A DNA stretch of 64,000 nucleotides, from the NCBI RefSeq assembly GCF_036588685.1, contig NC_086384.1:19282001-19346000 (forward strand). The letters run 5' to 3'. Every line of letters begins with the position of its first letter. Within the stretch, counting starts at the first letter, position 1. The position numbers and the translations under genes were made by a program. Under the pieces are notes generated by a model. That model was not told where the DNA came from. It saw only the letters and a list, made by a program, of their open reading frames with translations, and made no database searches. Origin of the DNA: Mytilus trossulus. Taxonomy: Eukaryota. Shown one piece after another: positions 1 through 12,882 of this stretch.

Positions 1-345
1 ATTTTATAGACGCCATATAATATCCGTTACGCAGATGATAGCAGATATGTTTTTAATCTTGTATCTACTATACTATCTCGTATCCTTTTCCTCATTATTA
101 ACCTATCGAATTAGATTCATTACCGGATGTTTATTAACGTGAGCAGTACGACGGGTGTCTAATTTGGAGCAGAATCTGCTAACCCTTTCGGAGCGAATTC
201 TCCCAACGTTTTAAATAAGGTTCGTGATGCTCAGTCCTTAGTTTTTTATGTTGTGTTTTGTGAAATATTTGTTTCGACATGGCATTGTCAGTTTATTTTC
301 GACCAGTTAGTTTGAATGTCGATTTTTTATCTTTCGTCCCTCTTT
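1..345 (+). mobile_element. Penelope-like 3' end remnant (other short copies ~17775-18000 +, 18500-18675 -, 20845-21050 +, 31540-31635 +)
   Basis: Shares ggagcagaatctgctaaccctttcggagc...ggttcgtgatgctcagtccttagttttt...tgaatgtc..atctttcgtccctctttt with 41790-42022. Confidence 0.7.
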
Positions 346-1407
346 TAAAAGGTATAATACATCCACAAAAACTAAATAAAGGAGTATGATACCAAGGGAA
401 CATTTAAATTATTTAAGTTGAAGAAAATCTGTCACCGTCAAGACAAAAAAGAAAACACGAAGTTCAAGGCTACATAAGACTTAGCAACACGAAATAACAT
501 GCTTCAAGTGTTCATATTTAAGTAGAAGACAAGATACCAGGAATTATATTAAACTAGGTTAGAGCATCAAACCTCTTGTTAGTTACGGATACCTGAAAAT
601 GTCACAATGGCGTCTTTAAGAGGCTTGCCAACAGTTTATGGACGCGAGCAAACACTTTGTAGTATATGACTGAAACAACATAATTTTTACTTTTAAAATT
701 TGATAAAAATAATCAAGATACAAAATAAGAGTCCCCTTTTAACATTTTAATCTATCATGTCTGTTTGTTTTGTTCCCACATTATTGTCATTATAATGGAA
801 TTCGATGCAACTGTCATAAAAGTAAGAGGTTTAGCGAGCTATTAATCCAGGTTCAATCAACCATTTTCTTCATAAAAAAATGCCTGTACCAAGTAAGGAA
901 TATGATAGTTGTTATCCATTCGTTTGATGTGTTTTAGCTTTTGATTTTGCCATTTGAATTTTCCTCGGAGTTCATTATTTTTAGTGAATTAACTTGATCA
1001 GGAATGCTCAAAGCAAAATGATTGGAAGCTAACGATAGCCCTATTGTAACACTTAAAGAGCATTGCGATCAAAAGGAAATAAAAATATCCAAATGCAACT
1101 ACACTAGAAAAGGAAGAACCTTACTTTCATAATGCTTTATAAACAGAAAATAAGAAACAAAATGTGCTATAACACTATCTTAGAACCGACCCAATTGTTA
1201 CTTAGTTAAGAAACCGACCACAGACAGTGTTTCAATCCAGAAAACCGAAAAAGAAACACTTTATTAATAGTATGCGTCCAAAGCGCTCCTCTGGATTTGT
1301 CTTTTTTAGGAATGCTTAAGCCAAATATTTGAAAGCCAAAGCTGTACATAACATCTAACGCGGGAAGAGATATTTCATCGGTAGAGACTTGGAAAAATAA
1401 TCACAGG

Positions 1408-1990
1408 TGTAGACACAGTAAGACCCCTTTTTGTCCCCAAAATATAGCAGTTTTTATAATTGTTACAATGCAAACTTTAAGCTATTTAAAAAAAAAAAGA
1501 AGAATACTTCTGTCACATAAATATAGGAGGTTTCTGACATTATAATGCAGAGGTATCGGGTATTAGCATCATTAATTCATGCAACATTACTTAAATCTTC
1601 ACACTTTCATCATTTGAGCTAATTCGTAAATGGTTTCCGTCTTAAATGGAAGTGACCGCATTTGTGTTAGTTCTAAATACTTAAACATATGTAATATTTG
1701 ATGATAATATATAACATGTATAAAGTTTCAGACTTATGATGGATGCGGCCACTTTTTTTTTTTTTCAAGAAAAAACGTATAAAAGGGGACATTTTCTGTC
1801 ATATTTGATAGATTTTTTAATATTTAAGCTACAATTTGAGCGTTTTAAATGACCAAATCAGTCAAATCTTTCACTTCAACTAATTGCATCGAATTAAGAA
1901 GACATCTAAATATTTATAAAGTGTCTAATTTCTTTCATCTGATGTTCCTGAAAATGTAGGCCACAATTGGCCCAAATCGCACCTACTCTA
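1408..1990. mobile_element. ~580-bp MITE-like repeat (second copy inverted at ~37245-37798)
   Basis: cagtaagacccc...gtcccc, atgcggccactt and atctgat..cctgaaa match the reverse complement of 37245-37798. Termini are degenerate. Confidence 0.7.
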
Positions 1991-2641
1991 TTTATTATAT
2001 AAGGTCAGCTGTACCAAAGATAGTAGAAACCATAAAAATTATTTTTTTATCGATGGAGATTTAAACAAAGATTGTTCAAAATTGTTGCAGCACCAACATA
2101 CTGACCATTAAGATGACGATACCCTCGAGATAAAAAGCCTGTTCTAAATCTCTACATTTCTAGGTCAAAATTTCAAATTAACTTTCACTTCTATAACTAA
2201 ATCTATAATATTCGTTTTACACATTTCAGGAAAAATAACCTTAAAAAACATCACGGCCAACAATACATGTTAATATGAATTTAGATAGATATTTAAGACA
2301 ATCTATTGACGTCAGTAAATGATATTCTTAATGTTATTAATATTTATTTTTGAATAAATTGACAAATATATTTTCCTTTTATATACTTGATAATTTTGTA
2401 ACTGATAAATTCAAAGTTTATAGTTTACCTTCAATTTTCTTAACTTATTTCCATCGATCGAATTCTAATCATTAAACACAACTTTATTCTATGCTATGAT
2501 GAAAAATATTTCGAATTATTTAATTTGAGGTGATTGGGATCAGGCCATCATTCTATCAGAGTACGAATCAATCATGGTGCTTGTTAACATGTTAGTATTG
2601 GAGCAGAGTGTGAAAAGTACTGTGCTCCTAGAAATAGTATT

Positions 2642-2940
2642 ACTGCTGTACCCCTATTTTTGACATTTTTACTCTTTGAGTATGTTTGTTTTGTTCATGA
2701 ATCGTTGACAATGTAATGGAATTTGATGCGACTGTCATACAAGTGAGAGGTTTAGCTGGCTATAAATCCAGGTTCAATCCACCATTTTCTACATTAGAAA
2801 ATGCATGTACCAAGTCAGGAATATGACAGTTATTATCCATTCGTTTGATGTATTTGGACTTTTGATTTTGCCTTTTGATTTTGGATTTTAATTTTTGAAT
2901 TTTCCTCGGAGTTCAGTATTTTTGTGTATTTACTTTTTTT
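2642..2940 (+). repeat. Dispersed SINE-like repeat family (copies ~733-990 +, 19757-19882 +, 26835-27150 -, 27920-28140 -, 42306-42450 -, 42585-42670 +)
   Basis: Shared core aggttcaatcc...tgtaccaagtcaggaatatgacagtt...ttttcctcggagttcagtatttttgtg, with a B-box-like GGTTCAATCC. Confidence 0.75.
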
Positions 2941-3391
2941 CAATATATCTAACAATATACTTCACGTTTACGAAACCTACTACTAACATATATAATTATG
3001 TCGAACATTAAAACATATTTAACTTTGAGAAATGTTTAAAGATCTAACATTGCAATCCGTTTTTAATTAGAAAGCTATAACGGATACCAATAATGACTAG
3101 TATAAAATCATGCAAACAGTACAACCAACGGCCTGATCTATATATGTCAGAAATATGACAGTTGGTATTCCTTCGCTTGGTGTTTTCGAGTTTTTAATTT
3201 TTCCACTTGTTAGGGACTTTGCGATAAGATTTTTTCTCGGAGTTCATTTTTTATTTATTTTTTTTCATTTTTTATTATAAACGAGAAACGGGCAACCACA
3301 TCATTTAACGAGAAACAATTATGAAACACGTTAACAAACGAGAAACACTTATGAACCATAACAACAAACGACAACATCAGATTGCTGACTT

Positions 3392-3833
3392 ATAATTCTG
3401 GTACCTTTGATAACTAATTATGTAGACGAAACGCGCGTCTGACGAATTAAATTATAAGCCTGGCACCTTCGATAAATATTCACACTATTGGTTTGATTCC
3501 ACTGCTGGTGGACGTTTCGTCCCCGATGGTATCACCAACCAAGTAGTCAGCATTTCGAAGTTGGCGTGAATATCAATGATACGTTTTTTTTAAATAAATT
3601 TATTGTTTGCAAAAGTATGAATTATTTGAAATATTTACGATTATCCTATCCTAGGCATAGATAACCTTAGTCGTTTTGGCATAACTGTTTTGGATTTTTG
3701 GTCCTCACTGCTTTTCAGCTTTGTACTTGTTTGGCTTTCTAACTATTTTGATCTGAGCGTCACTAACGAGTCGTGTGTAGAAGAAACACGCGGCTGGAAT
3801 ATTAAACTATCAGCCTGGTACCTTTGATAAATA
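3392..3833 (+). mobile_element. Retrozyme monomer, degenerate (UAUGU-loop subfamily)
   Basis: Half hammerhead tgtagacgaaacgcgcgtctgacg at 3421 and a mutated one at ~3757-3810, 355 bp apart. Ends in cctggtacctttgataaatat. Confidence 0.8.
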
Positions 3834-5483
3834 TAAGAACAGGTTCAAACAAATGCAGTGGGTTTAAATTTTTTAATATGTACCTATTAATGCTTCTTTC
3901 TAGCGCACCATTTATTTAACCTTAATATTCAGCAAGGCGTTTTTCTAAAAAGCTCTTATTTATGTACAAATGCATCAAAGACAAATACACAGTCAATCTG
4001 CATTGTAAAATGAGTATAACGCTTTATGTATCAAAAACGTTTCTTAATTTTCTTTCATTGTTTTCTTATGCTCAAACCAAATCATTCGAAAGCCAAAGAT
4101 AAGAGCTTTCCAACCGAAAAGGGAATACAAATAAAACTTGCTTGACAATCATGTCGACCACTCGTTGTTAATGAGGACTGACCGACACTAAGCTGGTGTG
4201 TCAACAAGTGCTTGTAAATGAAAATAGCAGTTAATAAATTTCGTGCTATCGACGCGATCTTCATAATAACGAACTTAATCGTGAATTCTAAAACCAAAAC
4301 GCTTGAACGGCTATCATATCTCCAACCAAAATATGATCAAAAAGGAGTTAATAAACGTACAGAAAGTAAGAACTTTACTTTCTTTATAATTTTTAAACAG
4401 AGAATTAAAACAACAATTAGTAATAAAATTATTTTATCACCAAACCAATGGTACTGAGCTGATGATACCCTCGGGAAAACTGACCACAGGGTATCGATAT
4501 GTGCTAGTGAATTGAAAAAAATAAAAACACTTTATTAAAAACATGCGTCCACAGCACATCTCTGGTTTCCATTAATTGAGAAAACTAAAACCTAAAAGTA
4601 AAAAGGCCAAGGATTTGTAGAACCGTTACGCATGAATAGCTATAAAATCAAAAGGAACATAAATTTGTCAAATTAATCTAAGGCCAATTTCTGAGTTGAT
4701 TAAACCTTAGAATCGAAAGTCCGACAGTAGGGTTATTATTAGAAAAGTGTGGTTTTTGATAAACCACCCGCAAAGACTGAAAAAAAATATTGTTTTGATC
4801 ACGATGATTTTACTTTTCAAAGTATGATATAAGATAAAAGTGATATAATGTGAATTTACTTGTTGCCATTTATTAACATCAATATAGCCTTCACTTTCAT
4901 ATTTTAATTTATAATACCCATTTAACACCTTGCAGGGGAAATATCCTTAAAACATAGACCGTTCAGCAACTCAAGGTCATATCAATTTAGACATTTACTT
5001 AAGTCGACCCATTGACGTCAGCATATGCTATTTGTTATCGTTTTTATTTTTTGGTGCTAAATGAAATGACAAACATATTTTTCCTTTATGTAACTAAATT
5101 AAAAGAAACTAAGTTATTTTTAAGAACACACATATCAAAAAGGAAATATTTGTTTTAGACAATAGGCCTGAATATAAGAGTTCTTAGATAAAAAAAAATA
5201 CTAAGAGTAGCACTTAACTGTACATAATTATCGTCACAGTATCCAAATTGTACCGAGCACTTAAACTGCAACCATTAAGCAAAAAAGCGGCCAATGATAC
5301 GGTTTTTCATAGACTAAACAATTTGTATCATTATAATTTGAATTAAGAAACGATGATAGTACGTCGGAAGGGGATTTTACCCCTGTTAAAAGAGAGTCAA
5401 ATTTCATGCACGTAAACGACACCCTTGTAAAAATAGGAGATATTTTCAAAATATTATAGATTCTTAACTTTCATATTCTTTAA

Positions 5484-6054
5484 AGTCATAAGAAACCTCA
5501 AATCAAAAAAAAAATGCATATGTTTTTTATAACTCAATGGATAGTTTTCATTATAAAACTTATGTACACATACTTTTTTCTGACGAAAATTCTTTAATTT
5601 ATTCATATTTAGAAGAAGTTTACTTTATTTGAATTGCTTCCTTCCAGCAAGCAATTCCCCCGACATATTTTCCGTATGCAAGGTGACCTCAGTGTGACCC
5701 ATCTCGTAAAAATCCGGTGGCCACAATACGCATAGATGTTCTTAAAATAAACTATTATCTGAATTTACATGTTGAACACGTGCTCAATTTCCATGCTTTT
5801 TGTTGATTTTATATCGATTGTTGACAAACAGGTGACAATCGTTAAACTTCGGCTTCAAAACACGAACTTTAATTACCTGCCATATTTCCACAACAACACT
5901 GACCGATTGAAAAAAAATTGACGATTATACGAAATTTACACGAAAAAAATGATAAATTCGAGCACAGAAGACTAAGTTTATGATGTTTGTAATATGCATT
6001 GGTTCAAGAATTGGAAGAACATTATTTTTCACCGGTCACTCGTTTCTTATGACT
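5484..6054. mobile_element. MITE with TTAA TSD (Kolobok-type non-autonomous DNA transposon)
   Basis: Perfect 13-bp TIRs AGTCATAAGAAAC / GTTTCTTATGACT flanked by TTAA (5480-5483, 6055-6058). Confidence 0.85.
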
Positions 6055-8289
6055 TTAAGAACTTAAATTGTTTTCATTATTTTTTTCTTATCTTATTGTT
6101 TGTATTGAATCATGAAAATTATTGATGTTTTAAAGTGTATTTCCTTTGGAACCCGTAATTTGAAAACAAATTTCTTCTTCTATACAGAACTAGCACAGTA
6201 TATACATACCGACAAATAGTATTCACTGAAAAATGTAGAATCTACTAAAACTGGATCATTGGTCAACTTAAAAATTTAAGTAATAGAAATACAAATATAT
6301 GACATGCATGCATTTCTTAATAAAATAATAGTAAGCATAGGGTTTTGCTGACTTGTTCTAAATATTAGTAAAACAAAAACTAGAATTTTCGGTGAATACA
6401 ATTTGGTTATTCCTCATTAAATAATTGTAGATCATTTAGAGGTGGATTAAAACCCATTTTGTTATGATTCAATGTGGATTCAAATCAAAGTATGTTAGCG
6501 AATAAGAATACCACTAAAAAATAAACACAGAAAGGAATCTTTAGTCCGAATAACGACTTAACTTAGGAGACAAACATGTCAAAAAGGGTGCATTTGGGTA
6601 TTCTCATCTCTCACAAAGTCATTAGAACACTCATTTGCATTAACACGAAGCATTAAATACCGATCAATAATGATAAACTGTCCCACTATGAAAGTCATGT
6701 AAGATTATATCATGCTTTTTCCGGCGCAAAAATCACTTGAAAATTGAGAATTGAGTCCTTTTGTACATAATAAAGAAAACTAAAAATTCTTGTTACATGT
6801 TGTATTAATGTTTTTTTTCTAGTTCATAAACATACGATTTTCTTAGGTTTGCTTTTTGTAAATTTTTATGTTGACGAAAGAACAACGCAATCATATACAT
6901 TATTCAGTAGCATATACAATACACTACAAGTTCTTGTTTTATTGCACTAATAAATTTATTTTTGCATTTTATTTTGATGTAGCCAATGAATAGAGGGCTA
7001 ATTTCATTTTTTTCTGTATATTATATTCCTATATAAATGTTGAAGAAAGAAATCAATGAATAAAAAATGTCTATCTTTGAAAAAAATGGAACCGAAAGAT
7101 AGCCATTTTATTTTAGAATTATTATCTTTACAGACTAATTTTATTTGATGCAACTCATTAAATCTAGCTAGATAACACATGTTAACAAACAAATACAACT
7201 AATGATTATCATTGAATAAATAAACAACGCTCATTCACAAATACTATAGATACAAAGAACATAACAAAATAAGCTAAAACAAAAACAAAAACAAAAACAA
7301 AAACAAAAAATAAAAACAACAAACAAATACAAAAAATCAAAAAGATAACAACAGAACCTTTGAAGTTTTTTTTTACTTGAATGACAATATTCCAGACGAA
7401 TTATAGTAAATAAAAAAATGTCATATTTTCAACAAAAGTTGTATCTTCCTTCTTTTTTTTCGGAACCTATTTTGTTTTCATTTAAAATCAAAATACGGAT
7501 TTTGTAGGTGAACACGTTTTTTTTCATATTCGCTATAAAAAATTATATCTAATAATATCACACTAAAAAAAATAAGAAGCAAAGTGTGTCGTAATATCCG
7601 GATTAATTATATAGTGTTGTTAATCTTTCTTCGTCGCATGAGTTTTCAACCCTTGGTACCGGGCGTATTTTTAATAGTCAATTTGACCGATGTTGTACAA
7701 CAAAGGGACGTTCAATCTTATAGAAAATAAATTATTTGAAAACGGCATAAAAGACCAACAGACAAACCATTGTTAAATAAATTACCATAAAACGAAAGAC
7801 AGAGCAACACGAACCCCACCACAAGCATATATTAGCAAACAGCATGTAAGAAGTGTACACCTTTTCGTAACATTCTTCAATTTCTCAGTTAAACAAGAGC
7901 TATACTTAATTTTCAATTCATGATAAACTGGATCCTTCAGATTATGTAGGTTCTATTTGTTGAAAAGGGGATGGGATCGTTGTTTTTGTTGTGTCGTTTG
8001 TTTCCTCTCGTATTTAAGTGTGAATTCACATTACTTTAAGAAGTGTCACGATAGTTTTCTATCTCAAATTCATGTATTTAGTTCTGATGTTATATTTGTT
8101 ATTCTCGTCAGATTTTGTCTAATGCTTATTTAGTTTCTGTGTGTGTTACATTTTAATGTTGCGTCGTTGTTCTCCTATTATATTTAATGCATTTCCCTAA
8201 GTTATAGTAACCCAGAGTTGTTTATTCTATCGATTTATGAGTTTCGAACAGTGGTATTCTACTGTTGCCTTTATTAGAACATTTGGAAC

Positions 8290-8640
8290 AAATCCGCTAT
8301 CATATGTGAATCGGATATTCCACAATGAAGGGATGCTTTCAACTTCACTGCTTCGAACACTTGGTTTTATTGCTTTCTTGTAAGCAGCAACCCTCTTTCC
8401 AGGAAATCAAGATAGGAATCTTGTACTATCGTATAAAATGGGAGATATATAATCAGGCCCTTCTGGTATGTTGCTACATAGAAATAGAAAGTTTCACATT
8501 GGGAAGCTGCATCAATCATCTCGTTTGTCTTTTTGCCAACCGACCCTCATCGTTAATATATAGATGTAAGTCAAGATATGAGGCAGACTTTACTGTATGT
8601 ATTGTATCCTTTGTTGAAAAACACGGCTTCCAAACTTAAA
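8290..8640 (-). mobile_element. Degenerate Penelope-like RT C-terminal fragment
   Basis: Reverse-complement similarity to 41460-41690 (cttgacttacatcta, gacaaacgagatgat, ttctatgtagcaacat). Confidence 0.7.
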
Positions 8641-9697
8641 ACAAATGTTAAAGCATCTTGAAAATTTCAGTTTGAGAGATTTTCTTGTTACAATCATAGT
8701 AATTCTTATTTCATTGGATGCATCTTGTATTTAAGTTATTTAAGTTATATTTTTGTGATTTTACTTTTTCTCATACGCAGTTGAAATTTGTATAATGCTA
8801 CTAAAGTGGAAGAAATAATGATTTCAGAATTAAAATCGTCTCTTTATATAAATATATAAATATATATATATAAATATATTCCGGTTATGAGATACTGTGT
8901 ATATCAAATTCGAGGTTAATATCTGAAAATGACGCGGAGGAAGTCGTGTCGGTTGTTTCTTAAATTTCTAGTTCTACGGAAAGTATGAATGTCAGAAACG
9001 TTATGATTGTTAATGGAAAGAACACCATCAATATATCTGAAAGTAAAATTGAATAACCGGGCTTCTTTAATCTTTTTAATTAGAAAAATTCTAAAAATGA
9101 TAAGAGTTCGACAAGGAGATGCACACAGTTTGTTTCAATAGAAATGCCGACAATTTCTTGAAAAGTCTACATCTAAATTAAACAAATATGTTTTCAATAA
9201 AAAAAAAAACCTGCAGCATGCTATATCTCGTTCCTCTGTAAAGCAAACTTATTTTTCAAGTTCATACTTTACTCTAGGTTTTGTAAAAGTTGTGTACTAA
9301 TGTGTAAAATATTTCGAATTATTTAAATTTAGTTGATGCAGATCAGGTATGCATTCCATCAGAGTTGTAAACCGTCATATGTGAAGATTTTCAAAATGTT
9401 GGTAATGAATCAGGATGCGAATTGTACTATGTTTTCTGATATATATTGCAATACAAATATATATAAAACAATATTCTTGTTTCAAGTAAAACAAATTACT
9501 ACCAGGAACCTGCTGTTAACCTATATGTCAAACATAAAAATAAATTCGTTTACCTAAATGTTTATAGGTCTAAGGATTTTTGTATTTTGATTGAATTAAG
9601 TGATAATGATACAAACAAATGTGCTATTTTTATTGAAAAAGAAACACAGGCATTAAATTTAATTCAAAATAAAAATTAATAGGTCTTTCAAATTTCT

Positions 9698-10108
9698 AAA
9701 TAAACTCATCATAGATACCAGGACTAAATTTTGTATATACGCCAGACCCGCGTTTCGTCTACAAAAGACTCAGCAGTGACGCTCGAATCTAAAAAAGTTA
9801 AAAAGGCCAAATAAATTACGAAGTTAAAGAGCATTGAGGTCTGACAATTTGAGGACCAAAATTCCTAAACGTTTTGCCAAATCCAGCTAAGGTAATGTAT
9901 GCCTCAGGTAGAAAAGCCGTAGTAATTCAAAAATGTAAAACTTTGTAAACAGTTAATTTATAAATATAACCATATCAATGATAATTCATGTCAGCATAAA
10001 AAGTGCTGACTACTGGGTTAGTGATACCCTCGGGGAAATAATCTCCACCAGCAGTGACATCGACCCAGTGGTTGAAGATAAACTCATCATAGATACCAGG
10101 ACTAAATT
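9698..10108 (-). mobile_element. Retrozyme monomer with terminal direct repeat
   Basis: aaactcatcatagataccaggactaaatt at both ends. The hammerhead at 9739-9782 has CUGCUGA (core mutation). Confidence 0.85.
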
Positions 10109-10209
10109 AGCATTCAATTTGTTTCTTCTTCTTGTTATATGTCTAATTTAGAAACGTTTATATTTCAATCACGATTTCCGTCATACTCTGACAACTGTAG
10201 GCACCTTGA

Positions 10210-10625
10210 CTGTGTATATGTATACGGCGTATATGTCTTCAAATGGATACGATATTCGAGGGTTTGTTTTAACTTTTACAAGGAAGCTCTCTTACCAAGT
10301 GGTTACGAACAGAATCACGAGTTGGTTGAGAGTAATAGAATATCTGTTACATAGATGATATCAAATATGTTTTAATGTTGTGTCTTCAATTTCTTATTGA
10401 AACATGAATTAGCAAATTAAACTTACTACCATGAGCAGTTCGACGTGTAACTCATTTTGAGCAGTCTCTGCTACCATTTCAGAGCACCTTGTTTCCCTTA
10501 AGTTTTAAATCGTGATGCTCAGTGTTTTGTTTTATATGTTGTGTTTTGTGACCTGTTGTTTGTCTTTTTCTTTTCTTGTTTTCGATTTGTTCTCCTGAAT
10601 GTCCCATTTGCATCTCTAGTCTCTT
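10210..10625 (+). mobile_element. Degenerate Penelope-like 3' fragment
   Basis: YGVYVFKWIRYSRVC resembles YGVYISQLIRYSRAC and is followed by the family 3' tail. Confidence 0.65.
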
Positions 10626-10996
10626 TTTTTAAAAGATATTAACTAACTTCTAAATTAAAAAAAGGAGGATAATAGCAAGGGAAAATTGAAGTTTTTAAGT
10701 TAAAAAAAAATACCTGTCTATGCCAAGACAAAATAAAGAAAAAAAAACAGCACGACGAGGAAGACTAAATTAGACTCAGCAACACGAAATAACATGATCC
10801 AAATATATACACTTCAGTAGACGATGAAACACCAGAAAAGGTATTTAACTTATTGCATTACGGGATCAAATTTCTTGTTAGCTACGAATACTTGAAATTG
10901 GCAAATAACGCTTTTTGTTCAAAGTCTTGACACCAATATGTAGACATGAACAAAAACGTTATCCGAAAATACATTTCACTACACGATGTTTAAAAT

Positions 10997-11280
10997 GTAG
11001 TCAGCACATTTTGTGCTGACATGAATTGTCATTGATATGGTTCTAATATTTTAAATTTACTGCTTACACAATTTGAATTATTTTAAATACTAAGGCATTT
11101 CTACCTCAGGCATAGATTACCTTAGCAGTATTTGGCAAAATTTTTAGGAATTTTGGTCCTCAATGCTCATCAACTTCGTACTTTACTTGGCCTTTTTAAC
11201 TTTTTGTAATCTTTTGAAGACGAAACGCGCGTCTGGCATATATACAAAATTTAGTACTGGTATCTATGATGAGTTAATTT
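10997..11280 (+). mobile_element. Retrozyme partial monomer
   Basis: Reverse-complement match to the 21758-22712 unit. The hammerhead 5' half is deleted; gacgaaacgcgcgtctggc is retained. Confidence 0.8.
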
Positions 11281-12882
11281 AAATAAAGACGGGTGCCATA
11301 TGTGAATTAGGATTATATCATATAGCATGTACATTTAGTACATGATTAGAATAATATCAGTTTTACTTATAGCTGTTACTGAATATATAAATTATGAAGA
11401 TACCAAATAAAAATCACAAACCATATGATCGTTTGAAAACCCTCCTTAGAAGCACGAAAGATACAAGAGGTACAGTCAAACCCATAGATTGAAAATAAAT
11501 TGACAACACCATTTCCATATGTTAAGGTATGTAACAAGGCGTGCACAAATTCAAATCATAAAAATACAAATTGTTAAGTCTATTGAAACTTGTACTCTAT
11601 CCGTTGCTTTTTTGCTAAATGATTTCAATGTGGGTACTCGGTACAATTGGATATTTTGTCGTTAATTATATAAATATACATGTAAATGTTAGAAATCTGG
11701 ATGATTTAACAATTCTTATATTCAGGCCAATCGTTTGAAAAAAAATCATTTCTTTTTTATATGTGATTTATTTCAATAAACCTTCAGTCTATTGTATCTT
11801 TGTTATAAAAGGAAAAAATATTTTTTGTCATTTAGCACCAAAAAATAAGAAAGTTACAAATATCATATGCTGACGTCAATGGATGGACATAAATATATAT
11901 TCAATTGATATGAACTTGTGTTGTTGCAAAGGGATATGTTTTAAGGTTATTTTCTCTGAAAGGTGTTAAATGGGAAACAAAAATCAAATTATGAAAGTGA
12001 AGGCTACATTTAATATTTTTTAAAAGAAAGATTCAGATTTTATTACTGTCAGCAAACTCTGAAAAGAAAAATCATGATGAACAAAACAATTAATATGTTT
12101 TTTTTGTATTTGCAGATGATTTACAAAAAAACTTTCGACATAAAACCCTTGCTTTTGGAATTTAATCTCTAATAGATATCATCAACTCAGAAGTTAACAA
12201 GAAAATAAGGTTCCAACTTCAACTGTCAAAGTTGGCCTTAGATGAATTTGACTATTTGTTGCTTCTTTTGATCTGATACCTCTTAATGCGTTTAAGTTGG
12301 GCAAATCCTTGGCTTTCCAATTTTATGTTTTAGTTTTCCAAATCAAGGTAAATCCAGATAAGAGCTTTAGACGCATGATATTAATAAAATGTTTATTTAT
12401 TTTGGTTTTTCGATTACCAGTACACGTCACTAGATCGATACACTGTTTGTGGATTGTTTTCACTGAGGGTATAATCAACTCAATAACAATTGATTCCGTG
12501 CTTAGATAGTTTTATAACAAATTTGGGGACATCGCTTTTAAATTTCAAAATTATTAACTTTTCAAAACACTACCATCTATTAAAAGGAGATTATTAAAGG
12601 AATCAAAAGAGCAAATATATATATAGGTCACCGAGCTTAATTTCGAGATATAAGCCTTTGAAATTTTTGCGGGAAATTTTTTCTCTTGACTTTTCATAGC
12701 TTTATTACAATACAATACAATACAATACAAATATGTTTATTATAGTGACATTGTGTATAACAAATTATGTACAATATTGAAATATTTCAATTAAATTACA
12801 CCCGGCCCAATGGACCTATAAGTCACTTCAAATCGATACTATATTATTAATTCAGATTGTCATCAGGAGTTTTATATACATG

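Noticed and set aside
2745-2790. tRNA gene (GGTTCAATCC B-box-like motif)
   Set aside because: No cloverleaf can be formed. It is part of a dispersed repeat.
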